NCBI GenBank assembly: GCA_018266355.1
Contig: JAFEAP010000029.1
Location: forward strand, 711,414-775,413
DNA length: 64,000 nt
DNA from: Bdellovibrionales bacterium
GTDB lineage: Bacteria; Bdellovibrionota; UBA1018
Direction of reading: 5' to 3'
Translations under genes and position numbers: made by a program
The notes under the pieces: generated by a model
Seen by the model: only the letters and a program-made list of their open reading frames with translations
Databases searched by the model: none
Told to the model about the DNA's origin: nothing
Shown: in pieces, positions 49,084 to 59,414 of the stretch
Numbering within the stretch: position 1 is the first letter of the stretch
Layout of the letters: each line of letters begins with the position of its first letter

Positions 49084-50030
49084 GTTCCTCCCTCCGCCGC
49101 GGGAGCGGCTTCCGGCGCGCTTCCCGGCGGGTTCCCGGGAGATTCCGCCGGAGGGGCTTCGGCCGGAGGCGTTTCGGTAGTCGGCGCCGCGGCTTTCGGC
49201 GGGGCCGGGCGTTTCGCCTTCGGCGCGGGAGCCGGTGCCGCGTTCGACGCGGAGTCGCCGTCGTCGTTCGCCGACGACTCGGTTTTCTTCGCCGGCGCCG
49301 GAGCGGCCTTCGCGGATTCGAGGCCGGAGCGGCTCAGGAAGATCAACCGGTTTTTCGGGTCGAAGATGAAGAGTTCGATCGAGCGGACGTCGTCGCGTTT
49401 CGAGTACGGTCCGAAGTCGGCCTTGATCTCCCGGTAGCGGCTGACGGAGAAGAATTCGCCGGTTTCCGGTTTGATGAGGGTCGGGGCGCCGGCGGCGTCG
49501 AACGCGCCGTCGGGGTAGGCGGCGACGGACTGCGGGCCGCGCACGAGAATGACGAAGTGGCCTTGCTGATTACCGCCGTCTTCCCGCGTGTACTCGATCG
49601 CGCTGCGGATCTGGAGGGTCGAGCCCTTCCATTGGGCCTTGATCGCTTCCAGTCGGAAGGGAAGGGTCTCCGGCGCCGGGAGTTTTTCGAGCACCGATTC
49701 GGCGGGCAAGAGCGAGAAGGACGCGTTCGCGCCGGCCAGGACCGCGCCACCGGTCGTGGCGCTGTTCAGCGCTTGGTTCTTGATCGCTTCGTAGGAGGAC
49801 TTGGACTCGGCGAGCTCTTTTTCGAGTTCTTCGACCCGAAGGGTGGTCGCGACTGAACCCGTGGCGATCGTCTTCCGATAAGCATTCAAGAAGAGGGCGG
49901 CCGCGACGACCGCCAATCCGATGACGCTCAAAAGCGCCAATCCGAACGCCCGCAGCCACGCCAGACGCACGGTAAGGGTCCGGGAGGAGAGATGGTCCTT
50001 GAAGACCACTAGCGTCAAGCGTTCGCTCAT
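49080..50030 (-). CDS. Hypothetical membrane-anchored protein with a Pro/Ala-rich C-terminus, translationally coupled to bactofilin
   Basis: One TM (LALLSVIGLAVVAAALFL), a coiled-coil segment, and a PAPAPK-rich tail. ATGA overlap with the bactofilin start. Confidence 0.55.
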   Translation of the reverse strand: MSERLTLVVFKDHLSSRTLTVRLAWLRAFGLALLSVIGLAVVAAALFLNAYRKTIATGSVATTLRVEELEKELAESKSSYEAIKNQALNSATTGGAVLAGANASFSLLPAESVLEKLPAPETLPFRLEAIKAQWKGSTLQIRSAIEYTREDGGNQQGHFVILVRGPQSVAAYPDGAFDAAGAPTLIKPETGEFFSVSRYREIKADFGPYSKRDDVRSIELFIFDPKNRLIFLSRSGLESAKAAPAPAKKTESSANDDGDSASNAAPAPAPKAKRPAPPKAAAPTTETPPAEAPPAESPGNPPGSAPEAAPAAEGGT

Positions 50031-50099
50031 CGAGGAATACGCTAACTTTCCCGTGAATCAGTGTCAACTTCGGGGCCGCCCGCTCCGATACGGAGACTG

Positions 50100-51965
50100 A
50101 TGAAGATTCTCTTTCTGAATCCTCACTTATACGACTCCCCCCTCCTCGGGACGCTCCGAAACCTCGGCGTCGCGACGATCGTGTGTTCGGATTTGAAAGA
50201 GTGCGAACTCGTTTTCAAACTCCACGCCTCGAGCATCTCGCTCTTCGTCGGTCACGACCAAGACGGCGTCGGAATGAACGAGATCCTGAAGAAGACGCCG
50301 CGTTTCGCGCGTACTCCGGTGATCCTGACGACTTCGAATTGGACGGATCAGCAATGCATCGAGCACCAAGCGACGCCGTTCGGCGCGAACGCTTACTTGC
50401 GCATGCCGGTCGAGGACAAGGAATTCATCCACGTCGTCGACACGATCCTCTCAACGGAACTTTCCCACGGTAAGGGCTTCAACCTCTCCGACGACCTGAG
50501 CGCGATCGGTCCGCTCGACGCCGGCGGCGGGCTCGACATCGCCCAGCCGATGGATCTCAGCGCCGCGGCGGCGAATTTCGGCGACAAGACGACGATTACT
50601 CCAATCGAAGGCTCGCCCCTCGAGATCGCGCCGATGGAAGGGAGCGGCGGGATCGGACTCGCACTGGCGATCGAGACTCCGGCGTCGTCGCAGATGGACT
50701 CCGCCTCCTCGGCGCCGATCACCGACGGCGTCACGCTCCAGACCGACGTGGCCGGACTCGCGCTTTCGACGGCGGGTGGAATTCAGATCGAGGACGGCGC
50801 GGCCGTGAACGGCCAGCCCGTGCCGACCGAAGGAGATATCGATCCGGCGCTCATGTTCAACCTCGAAGCCCCGGGCGACGAGTTGAACGGAGCGACTTCC
50901 GTTCCGGCCGCCGAAATCGGCGGCCAAACGAAGGAATTCCGAATCGAAGGGACGCTCACGGGCGCCTCGGTCGCCTCCGAAATCCTCGCGACCCCGATCG
51001 AGGCGACTTCGATCGACAACCTCGCGCCGATCGGCGACGATCAGCCGACCCGAGTCGCGGCCCCGATCCTTTCCGAAGGCCTCGCGGACATGCCGGAGCC
51101 CGCACCGGTCGCGACAAAGTCGCGCGAACGCGCCCGGCCCGAGCCGGTAAACGAGGACGTCGACGCCGAAACGCTCGTCGCGATGCCTTACCTCGGACGC
51201 GAAGGCGCCGGCGGGTACAATCCGCTCGCCGATCGCACGCCGATGGACGACGCCGTCGTCCCGGGCGGCGCGGCGACCGCGCCCGACGCCGACACTCTGA
51301 AGAAATACCTCTACCTCCGCGAACAGGACGTGAGCGCGCTTTCCGCGCAGCTTCGCCAGGCCCGCGAGCAGATCGGTCTCCTCGAAGGTCAGCTGAAACA
51401 CGAGCGCGCGGTCTCGTCCGAGTTCGCGCACCTCGCGCAGGAGCAGGACCGCCGGATCGACGGTTTCGAGAAGGAAAAAGCGGCCGCCCTCGAAGTCGCC
51501 CAGAAGGAATACGACGATCTCAAGTTCGAGATGAAGCGCCGGAGCGAAAAGATCCGGGTGATGGAGATCCAGGTCAAGGAAGCCACCGAGGCGACCGAGC
51601 GCTTGAAGGAACGCGTGCGTTCCGACATCCGGAAAATCCGTACGCGCGAGAAGGAACTCGAGAACCGTCTCGAGATCATGAAGAAGGACTCCGAAGCCCT
51701 CCTCGCCGCGCGCGAGCAGAAGATCATCGAGCTGAAACGGAAGCTCGACTTGATGGAATTCAACGCCGATCTCGTCCAGGAACTCCTGGAGAAGGAACGG
51801 CAGGCGGCCGCGGGTCTGCGCGACAAGCTCGCGAAGGCGGCGCAGATGATGCGCGTCGCGGGCGGTCTGCTCGGCCCCGACGTCGACGCCATGCTGGAAG
51901 CCGGCAAGGGCGGCGAGGGTTCGGACTCTGGAGTGAACGTCGACGAAAAAACCACGGCGGCTTAG
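50100..51965 (+). CDS. Pseudo-receiver domain + long acidic/low-complexity linker + C-terminal coiled-coil protein (FrzS/RomR-like architecture)
   Basis: N-terminal ~125 aa with receiver-like topology but a non-canonical acid pocket (MKILFLNPHLYDS...LFVGHDQDG...VILTTS). A ~300-aa D/E/A/G/P-rich region follows, then a 200-aa heptad-rich Lys/Glu coiled coil. Confidence 0.6.
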   Translation: MKILFLNPHLYDSPLLGTLRNLGVATIVCSDLKECELVFKLHASSISLFVGHDQDGVGMNEILKKTPRFARTPVILTTSNWTDQQCIEHQATPFGANAYLRMPVEDKEFIHVVDTILSTELSHGKGFNLSDDLSAIGPLDAGGGLDIAQPMDLSAAAANFGDKTTITPIEGSPLEIAPMEGSGGIGLALAIETPASSQMDSASSAPITDGVTLQTDVAGLALSTAGGIQIEDGAAVNGQPVPTEGDIDPALMFNLEAPGDELNGATSVPAAEIGGQTKEFRIEGTLTGASVASEILATPIEATSIDNLAPIGDDQPTRVAAPILSEGLADMPEPAPVATKSRERARPEPVNEDVDAETLVAMPYLGREGAGGYNPLADRTPMDDAVVPGGAATAPDADTLKKYLYLREQDVSALSAQLRQAREQIGLLEGQLKHERAVSSEFAHLAQEQDRRIDGFEKEKAAALEVAQKEYDDLKFEMKRRSEKIRVMEIQVKEATEATERLKERVRSDIRKIRTREKELENRLEIMKKDSEALLAAREQKIIELKRKLDLMEFNADLVQELLEKERQAAAGLRDKLAKAAQMMRVAGGLLGPDVDAMLEAGKGGEGSDSGVNVDEKTTAA

Positions 51966-51968
51966 GCC

Positions 51969-53330
51969 ATGCAGTTCAACGTCCTCCTCCTCGGAAAAGA
52001 CACGAAGCAGACGGAAGTCTACGCCACCCTGATCCGCGACATGGTCGAGTGCCACATCGACGTGATGAGCCGGGTGGAAAACGCCGCGAACTGGCTCTCT
52101 CGCGTCCGCTATCACCTCGTCGTGATCGACCTCCCGAACCCTTCGGCGTTCGTCGAACGGATCAAACGCCTCCACCCGGAATCTTCCGTCATCGTGATCT
52201 CCGAACACGCGACGATCGAAGAGGCGGTGAAGATGATCCGCGGGGGGGCGGAAGACTACCTGAAAAAACCGATCCACCTCGATACGTTCCGGCTCGCGGT
52301 CCGCCGCGGGATCGACCGGAAGACGCTCTTCGAGGACGACGGCGTTTACTCCCGGTACTTGAACCTCGTGAACAGCTGTCAGATGATCTCGGCCTCGATC
52401 GACGAGACGCGGGTTTTTTCGATCGTGCGGAGCTACCTCTCGCGCGAACTTCGTGCCTCGCAGTCTTGCATCGTTTCCTTCGACGAGAAGGGCGAGATGA
52501 CGATCGAGGACTCCGACCAGGCGGGCGAGAACGGGATGACCGAGATGTTCGAGATCTCGGCGAAGACCGCGAAGGTGCCCGAAGCGCTCGGCGAGAAGCA
52601 GATCGCCGTCTTCGTCGACCGCACGGCGATGACGCCCGCGGTGTTCGCCTTCGAGTTCAATTGCGTCGGCGACCGGAAATTCTTCTTCATCGCGCTTTCG
52701 CCGAAAAAACCCGAAGCCTACTCGGAGTTCGAGAGCCGGCTGAAGATCCTGCGCGCCCAGATCGACGTCACCGGTCAGAACATCGTTCGCTATCGCGACG
52801 TCCAGGAAATGGCCTACGTCGACGACGTCACCGGCCTCCATAACACGCGCTACCTTTCGACCGTGCTCGACCGCGAGATCGAGAAGTCGAAGACGACGGC
52901 GAGTTCCTTCGTCGTGCTCTTCATCGACGCCGACAAATTCAAAAACGTGAACGACCAGCACGGCCACGTGAACGGGTCGAAGCTCCTGCTCGAACTCGGT
53001 CAGAAGCTGAAGACCTACGTCCGCGATTCCGATTCGATCGTCCGCTACGGAGGGGACGAATTCGTCGCGATCCTCACCCCGTGCGACCTCGCGATGGGGA
53101 AGATCGTCGCCGAACGGATCCGCAAGTCGATCGAGCACTGGGAGTTCCTGAAGGAAGACGATTTGCAACTGAAAGTGACCGTGTCGATCGGCGTCGCCGT
53201 TTTCCCGGATCACGCGACCTCGAAAGAAGAGATCATCGAACAAGCCGACCACGCGATGTACACGGCGAAAAAGGAAAGCCGGAACCGCGTTTACGTCGCG
53301 GAGGCCCGTAAAGGGGACCACCATGCCTGA
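51969..53330 (+). CDS. Response regulator-diguanylate cyclase (REC + GAF-like + GGDEF)
   Basis: The REC domain has a phospho-acceptor Asp (VVIDLPNP). The GGDEF domain is intact (RYGGDEF) and has an RxxD-like I-site region. Confidence 0.9.
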   Translation: MQFNVLLLGKDTKQTEVYATLIRDMVECHIDVMSRVENAANWLSRVRYHLVVIDLPNPSAFVERIKRLHPESSVIVISEHATIEEAVKMIRGGAEDYLKKPIHLDTFRLAVRRGIDRKTLFEDDGVYSRYLNLVNSCQMISASIDETRVFSIVRSYLSRELRASQSCIVSFDEKGEMTIEDSDQAGENGMTEMFEISAKTAKVPEALGEKQIAVFVDRTAMTPAVFAFEFNCVGDRKFFFIALSPKKPEAYSEFESRLKILRAQIDVTGQNIVRYRDVQEMAYVDDVTGLHNTRYLSTVLDREIEKSKTTASSFVVLFIDADKFKNVNDQHGHVNGSKLLLELGQKLKTYVRDSDSIVRYGGDEFVAILTPCDLAMGKIVAERIRKSIEHWEFLKEDDLQLKVTVSIGVAVFPDHATSKEEIIEQADHAMYTAKKESRNRVYVAEARKGDHHA

Positions 53331-54450
53331 GGTGCCGAATCCGGCGGAGATTCGGCGACGATTCAAGCTCGTCGTCTCGGATTTCCACCTCGGCAAGGGA
53401 CGCTATTTCCGCGACGGCACCCAGAACATCCTCGAGGACTTCATCTACGATCGCGAGTTCTCCGAATTCCTCGCGTACCACCGTACCGGCGATTTCGCCG
53501 ACGCCGAGGTCGAGCTGATCCTGAACGGCGACATCCTGAACCTCCTCCAGATCGATTACTACGGCGTGCACACGCACCTCTTCACCGAACGCTCCCAGGT
53601 CTTCGCCGTCCGAAAGATCATCGAGGGTCACCCCGAGTTTTTCTCCGCGCTCCGTCGGTGGGCCGGGACGCCGGGCCACTCGGTCTCTTACGTGATCGGC
53701 AATCACGACGTCGGGATGATCTTCGCGGGGGCCCAAACCGCGTTCTCCCAGGCGGTCGGCGCCGAAGTGAAGTTCTATCCGGCGAACTACACTTTCGACG
53801 GCGTCTGGGTCGAACACGGGCAACAATACGAGCGGTTCGCGCGATTGAACCTGAAACGTCCGTTCATCACGCGGGGCGTTCCCGAGCCGGTGCTCGACTT
53901 GCCCTGGGGATCGCTCTTCGTCGCGGTCTTCCTGCCCCGCCTGAAACAGGAGCGCGCGCACCTCGACAAGGTCCGTCCTTTCGGCGATTTCATGGTTTGG
54001 AGCGTTTTTCACGATTTCTGGTGGTCGATCCGCTCGGGGATCCGCACCGTGCTCTTCACGCTCCAGTCGCTCGTGTTCAAGACGCGCTACCAGATCAAGA
54101 AGGGCGTCCGTGCGAAGTGGGATCTTTGGCGCGAGATCGTTCTTTACCCGCCGTTCGACAAGATCGCCTTCAAGATCCTCGACGACAACCCCGACGTGAA
54201 CGCCGTGATTTTCGGCCATACCCACGTCCTCGCGTACCGTCAGTACCGGGAAGGGAAGGAGTACTTCAACGAGGGAACGTGGAACGAGGTGACGAACCTC
54301 CACCTCGCGGAGTACGGCACGAAGACGCGGCTGACCTACGCCTATATCGAGTACCCGATCGTAGCCGACGGCGCCGGCCGATCGAAGCCGCTCGTTCGTT
54401 TGAAGGAATGGAAAGGCGTGTGGCGCCCGGAGATGGAAATCACCGTCTGA
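53323..54450 (+). CDS. Calcineurin-like metallophosphoesterase
   Basis: SDFHLG, GDILN, GNHD, GHTH motifs; overlaps the GGDEF gene by 8 nt. Confidence 0.85.
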   Translation: MPEVPNPAEIRRRFKLVVSDFHLGKGRYFRDGTQNILEDFIYDREFSEFLAYHRTGDFADAEVELILNGDILNLLQIDYYGVHTHLFTERSQVFAVRKIIEGHPEFFSALRRWAGTPGHSVSYVIGNHDVGMIFAGAQTAFSQAVGAEVKFYPANYTFDGVWVEHGQQYERFARLNLKRPFITRGVPEPVLDLPWGSLFVAVFLPRLKQERAHLDKVRPFGDFMVWSVFHDFWWSIRSGIRTVLFTLQSLVFKTRYQIKKGVRAKWDLWREIVLYPPFDKIAFKILDDNPDVNAVIFGHTHVLAYRQYREGKEYFNEGTWNEVTNLHLAEYGTKTRLTYAYIEYPIVADGAGRSKPLVRLKEWKGVWRPEMEITV

Positions 54451-54571
54451 TTCGGCGGATCATCCGGGTCTCTTCGTCCGGAGAATATCTTTTTCTATCC
54501 GGCTTTTCGTTTTCGAAAATCTAGTGTCTCATCTCTCGGTCCCCCCATCCCACCCGCAACGAGAGATCCTC

Positions 54572-56242
54572 ATGAAACGTTTAAACATCTTGTCCGTCTT
54601 CGCCTTGCTTTCGGTTCTCGGGGCCGCGATCGCCCAGGCTTCCGTACAGGAAGATTTCGCGACGACCCTCGACCTCGTGAAACAGAAGTTCCACGACCGC
54701 TACGCGCTCGAGCCCTGGAAGACGAAGGCTCTCCACTGGACGATCGACGACGCCGCGAAACGGATCGGCGCCGAGGGCGCGAAGGACCCGAATCTCACCG
54801 CGGACGGCGCGCGGACGCTCATCCAGGACTTCTTCTATTCCGCGCGCGATTATCACGCGAAGGCGATCTATTCTCCGGGCGGATCGACTTCGATCCCGAT
54901 CAGCGTGCGCAGCGTAGGCGGAAAGGTTTTCGTCACGGGCGTGACCGACGATTGTAACTGCGGAGTCGCGGTCGGCGACGAGCTCGTAAGTTTCGACGGC
55001 GAGCCGGCGATGCGATCGATCTTCGATCGCACGACGATGAAGTATTTGAACCATTTCGAAAGCGACGTACGGGACGGCGAGCGCCGCCTCACGAATCCTT
55101 ACGGGATGCTGATGGAAAAGACGCCGATGAAAGATACCGTCGACCTCGTGTTGAGGGGCGTCGACGGAAAGCGGAAAACGGCGACCCTCGCGTGGAAAAA
55201 ACCGGTCGCGTTCGACGCCGAATTCGCGATATCCCGCGCGCCGGCGCACCCGATGGTTCCGGAAAGCCTCCAGGGCTGGTCGAAAGTCGACGCGGGTTTC
55301 GGTCCGCGCGGCGCTTATTTCCGTAAACCCGAGAAGACCCTCTGGGAATCCGCTTCGGGAGCGCGGTTCACGGCTTGGATCGCCGAATTCCCTGGCGCCC
55401 GTAACATCTTCGGAAATCCGGGGAAGGCGCGGAAGATCGGTTACGTGCGCATCCCGGATTTCTCGCCGGGTCAGCCCGCCGACTACACCGCCGCCGTGAA
55501 GGAGTTCGAGGCGACGATCGCGAAGATGGACGCCGAGACGGACGCGCTCATCCTCGACGAAAACTCGAACCCGGGCGGGATGGCGGACTATATGTACGCG
55601 CTCGCGTCCTACTTCTTCGCGAAAGAAGTTCCGACGTTCAAGTTCAGCTACCGGCTCTTCCCGGAGCTCGTGAAAGACGCGAGCGATTCGCTGCCGGATC
55701 TCGAGAAGATCACGAACGACGCGGACGCGAAGGCGTATTTCGGCGGCGACGATTACTTCGGTTTTCCGGTCGATCTCGAGTTCGCCCGCGACGTGAAGAC
55801 CTTCTATCAAGGCCTCGCGGACGACGCGAAGGCGGGGAGGAAGTTCGGCAAGCCGCGATTCTACGATTCGGCCAAGATCAAGCCGAACCCGCGCGTGCGT
55901 TACCTGAAGCCGCTCTACATCCTCACCGACGCCTATTCCGTTTCGTGCGCGGATTTCTTTCCGGCGCTCTTCCAGGACACGAAACGCGCCGAGATCCTCG
56001 GCGGATGGACGATGGGCGGGGGCGGATTCACCGGGGGTACGGCCGTGATCAATTCGCCGCTCAAGACGAATTACCTCATCGTTCCGATCGCGCTCGGGCT
56101 CCGGCTCGACGATCGCACTCCGATCGAGAACCTCGGCGTCCTGCCGACGCGGTGGTTCAGCCCGAGCCCGGCGGATTATCGCAATGGTTTCCAGACCTAT
56201 TCCGACTCGATCCTGAAATATATTCGGAAGAAGATCCGCTAA
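54572..56242 (+). CDS. Secreted S41-like (C-terminal processing/tricorn-core-like) peptidase-family protein
   Basis: Signal peptide MKRLNILSVFALLSVLGAAIAQA; LILDENSNPGG resembles the S41 DLRxNxGG motif; otherwise divergent. Confidence 0.5.
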   Translation: MKRLNILSVFALLSVLGAAIAQASVQEDFATTLDLVKQKFHDRYALEPWKTKALHWTIDDAAKRIGAEGAKDPNLTADGARTLIQDFFYSARDYHAKAIYSPGGSTSIPISVRSVGGKVFVTGVTDDCNCGVAVGDELVSFDGEPAMRSIFDRTTMKYLNHFESDVRDGERRLTNPYGMLMEKTPMKDTVDLVLRGVDGKRKTATLAWKKPVAFDAEFAISRAPAHPMVPESLQGWSKVDAGFGPRGAYFRKPEKTLWESASGARFTAWIAEFPGARNIFGNPGKARKIGYVRIPDFSPGQPADYTAAVKEFEATIAKMDAETDALILDENSNPGGMADYMYALASYFFAKEVPTFKFSYRLFPELVKDASDSLPDLEKITNDADAKAYFGGDDYFGFPVDLEFARDVKTFYQGLADDAKAGRKFGKPRFYDSAKIKPNPRVRYLKPLYILTDAYSVSCADFFPALFQDTKRAEILGGWTMGGGGFTGGTAVINSPLKTNYLIVPIALGLRLDDRTPIENLGVLPTRWFSPSPADYRNGFQTYSDSILKYIRKKIR

Positions 56243-56312
56243 ATAACGCGCCCGGACGTTCTTGAGGTGGACCCCGGCTTCGACTAAGCTGGGGTTCCAT
56301 GAAGGTTTTGTC

Positions 56313-57074
56313 ATGAGGGTCCTGGCCGTTATTCCCGCCCGATACGCGTCGGTCCGGCTCCCCGCAAAACCCCTCGCCGACATCCACGGCAAACCGATGA
56401 TCCAGTGGGTGTACGAGCGTGCGAAAGCTTCGCGTGCGGTCGATCGCGTGGTCGTCGCGACCGACGACGAGCGGATCGCGAGCGCGGTGAAAAAGTTCGG
56501 CGGAGAGGCGATCCTGACCGATCGCGCGATTCCATCGGGCACGGACCGCGTGGCCGCCGTCGCCGACCAGATCGACGCCGACGTCTACGTGAACATCCAG
56601 GGCGACGAGCCGCTCATGGCGACCGAGGCGATCACCGCGGCGGTCGAACTCGTGACTTCGAAACGTTTCATCATGGGTACCGCGATGACGCCGATGCGCG
56701 ACCCGGAAGACCTCTCGAACGCGGCCGTCGTGAAGACGTTCGCCGACAAGGACGACCGCGCGATCTACTTCTCGCGCCACCCGATCCCTTACTCGCGCGG
56801 CGAAGCGCCGAAGACCGTCGTGCCCGCCGGCGCGGCGAGTCCGTTCGCGTGCCGCCGTCACGTCGGCCTCTACACCTACACGAAAGAATGCCTTTTCCGC
56901 ATTCGTTCGCTTCCGCAGAGCGCGTGGGAAAAGGGCGAGATGCTCGAGCAGCTCCGCGCGATGCAAGACGGGATCGCGATCGGCATCAAGGAAGTCGACT
57001 TCCTCTCGATCGGCGTCGACACGCCGGAAGAACTCGAAAAAGTACGTAAAATTCTAGACCAGCGCGCACCGTAA
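56313..57074 (+). CDS. kdsB: 3-deoxy-manno-octulosonate cytidylyltransferase (CMP-KDO synthetase)
   Basis: [21 protein letters not shown]... typical KdsB N-terminus. Confidence 0.9.
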   Translation: MRVLAVIPARYASVRLPAKPLADIHGKPMIQWVYERAKASRAVDRVVVATDDERIASAVKKFGGEAILTDRAIPSGTDRVAAVADQIDADVYVNIQGDEPLMATEAITAAVELVTSKRFIMGTAMTPMRDPEDLSNAAVVKTFADKDDRAIYFSRHPIPYSRGEAPKTVVPAGAASPFACRRHVGLYTYTKECLFRIRSLPQSAWEKGEMLEQLRAMQDGIAIGIKEVDFLSIGVDTPEELEKVRKILDQRAP

Positions 57075-57097
57075 CTGAAGGCAGGGAGAATCTAAGC

Positions 57098-58840
57098 ATG
57101 GCGAAGCAAAAGAAATTCATTTTCGTGACCGGCGGCGTCCTCTCGGGCATCGGCAAAGGGATCGCGGCCGCTTCGATCGGCATGCTGATGGAGCAACGCG
57201 GGATCAGGGTGACGATGGCGAAGATGGACCCGTACCTGAACGTCGATCCGGGCACGATGTCCCCGATCCAACACGGCGAAGTCTTCGTCCTCGACGACGG
57301 CGCCGAGACGGACCTCGACCTCGGTCACTACTCGCGCTTCGTCTCGAACGCGAACTACTCGCGGAAGAACAGCTTCACGACCGGCCGGATCTACGACACC
57401 GTCATCCGCCGCGAGCGCGCGGGGGGATACCTCGGGAAAACCGTGCAGGTCATCCCGCACATCACCGACGAGATCAAAACCCACATCCTCGCCGCTTCCG
57501 CGGACGCGGATCTCACGATCATCGAAGTCGGCGGCACGGTCGGCGACATCGAGGGTCTGCCGTTCCTCGAAGCGATCCGTCAGATGAAGGTCGAGTACGG
57601 TCCCGAGAACGTCATGTTCGTGCACCTCACGCTCGTGCCGTACATCGCCGCTTCGGGCGAGCTGAAGACGAAGCCGACCCAGCACTCGGTGCGTGATCTC
57701 CGCGAGATCGGGATCCAGCCCGACATCCTCCTCTGCCGCGCCGACCGGAAGATCCCGCAGGACGCGAAGGAGAAGATCGGGTTGTTCTGTAACCTGCCGG
57801 CCTCCTGCGTATTCTCGTCCATCGACGTGAGCTCGATCTACGAAGTGCCCCTCCGTTTCCACGAGGAAAAGCTCGACGAGAAGATCGCCGAACGCCTCGG
57901 CATCTGGACCTCGGCGCCGGACCTTTCGAAGTGGAAGGCGATGGTCGAGAAGGTCCTCCACCCGAAAGCGAGCGTCCGCATCGGGATCGTCGGGAAGTAC
58001 ACCGATCTCCACGAGAGTTATAAGTCGCTTTCCGAAGCGCTCATCCACGGCGGCGTCGCGAACGACGCGAAGGTCGAACTCGTCTACATCGAAGCCGAGG
58101 AAATCGAGAAAGGGAACCTCGAGGCGCTCAAGTCGATCGACGGCATCCTCGTCCCGGGCGGCTTCGGCGAGCGCGGGACCGAAGGAAAGATCCGTGCGAT
58201 CGAATACGCGCGTACCGAAGGCGTTCCGTTCTTCGGGATCTGCCTCGGCATGCAGCTCGCGACGATCGAATTCGCCCGGAACGTCGTCGGCATCAAGGAC
58301 GCGAACTCGGCCGAGTTCCGCCCCGACGGAAAATCGAACGTGATCGACCTGATGGAATCCCAAAAGGGCGTCACCGACATGGGCGGCACGATGCGCCTCG
58401 GCGCGTACGACTGTCTCATCACGCCGAAATTCAACGGCAAACCGACGAAGGCCTTCACCGCCTACGGCAAGGAGAAGATCTCCGAGCGTCACCGCCACCG
58501 CTTCGAGTTCGCGAACGCGTATCGAGAGCGGATCTCCGAAAAGGGCCTTCTCATCTCGGGTAAGAACGTGAATCCGAAGACGGGCGAAGAACTCGTCGAG
58601 ATGGTCGAGCTCCCGGACCACCCGTGGTTCCTCGGCTGCCAGTTCCACCCCGAGTTCCTCTCGAAGCCGATGTTCCCGCACCCGCTCTTCTCGGCCTTCA
58701 TCAAGGCCGCGAAGGAAGCTTCGGCGCTCGCGCAAAAACCGCTGCCGGGGATGAAGCAGGAAAAGGGCGCCGATAAGAAAAAGGAAACGAAGCGCACCGA
58801 CCGCGGCGCGATGGCCTCTTCGCAGGACGCGTTTCTCTGA
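57098..58840 (+). CDS. pyrG: CTP synthase
   Basis: [17 protein letters not shown]..., glutamine amidotransferase domain with GICLGMQ. Confidence 0.97.
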   Translation: MAKQKKFIFVTGGVLSGIGKGIAAASIGMLMEQRGIRVTMAKMDPYLNVDPGTMSPIQHGEVFVLDDGAETDLDLGHYSRFVSNANYSRKNSFTTGRIYDTVIRRERAGGYLGKTVQVIPHITDEIKTHILAASADADLTIIEVGGTVGDIEGLPFLEAIRQMKVEYGPENVMFVHLTLVPYIAASGELKTKPTQHSVRDLREIGIQPDILLCRADRKIPQDAKEKIGLFCNLPASCVFSSIDVSSIYEVPLRFHEEKLDEKIAERLGIWTSAPDLSKWKAMVEKVLHPKASVRIGIVGKYTDLHESYKSLSEALIHGGVANDAKVELVYIEAEEIEKGNLEALKSIDGILVPGGFGERGTEGKIRAIEYARTEGVPFFGICLGMQLATIEFARNVVGIKDANSAEFRPDGKSNVIDLMESQKGVTDMGGTMRLGAYDCLITPKFNGKPTKAFTAYGKEKISERHRHRFEFANAYRERISEKGLLISGKNVNPKTGEELVEMVELPDHPWFLGCQFHPEFLSKPMFPHPLFSAFIKAAKEASALAQKPLPGMKQEKGADKKKETKRTDRGAMASSQDAFL

Positions 58841-58879
58841 TCGGAAGGGGGTTCGCGCGCGGTTAGCGTGCGAACCGTT

Positions 58880-59383
58880 CTAGCGATCGCAGACGACGAG
58901 TTCGAGCCGGCGGTTCAATCCCGCGTGGAGCGCGTCGCTTTTCGAGCGTACGCAGATATCGATCCGAGAAACACCCTTGCCGCGGAACGCGCCGCCGGTA
59001 TCGACGACGCGGAAGTCGATGCCTTTTCCGTAAAGATCGTTCAGCTCCGGGATGCAGACTTTCGCGCCGTACGGAAGCGCGGTCGCGTCCATCGCGACCG
59101 AGACCGTGTTCACGCGACCGTCGAGGTAGTCCTGGAGCGTCCGGAGTTTTTTCCCGATGCGGTCGGTGTGACCGCCCTCGAGTCGGGTCGATGCCGGATA
59201 ATACGCCGTCGCACGGGCGGAATAGACGGTGCCCGCGCAGCAGCTTTCCGTCGCGGCTTCGTGCCGGATCGGCGGAGTTCCCGGATTCGTCGCCGTAACG
59301 CCGTCGGATGATCCGCAGCCCGCGAAGGCGCCGGCCGAGAATACGGCGAGGGCGATCCGGAAGTGCGGGCGAGGTTTGTTCAA
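58880..59383 (-). CDS. Lipoprotein with a 3D (MltA-like) domain
   Basis: Lipobox FAGCGSS; conserved Asp triad region (VDTGGAF...RIDIC). Confidence 0.55.
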   Translation of the reverse strand: MNKPRPHFRIALAVFSAGAFAGCGSSDGVTATNPGTPPIRHEAATESCCAGTVYSARATAYYPASTRLEGGHTDRIGKKLRTLQDYLDGRVNTVSVAMDATALPYGAKVCIPELNDLYGKGIDFRVVDTGGAFRGKGVSRIDICVRSKSDALHAGLNRRLELVVCDR

Positions 59384-59414
59384 GTCGTCTTCCTTTCGAA
59401 GCTCGACTCGGCGA

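Noticed and set aside
50100-51965. Calling the pseudo-receiver coiled-coil protein FrzS or RomR outright
   Set aside because: Only the architecture matches. The acid-pocket residues cannot be aligned reliably by eye and the FrzS and RomR families differ in their C-termini, so I kept a generic description.
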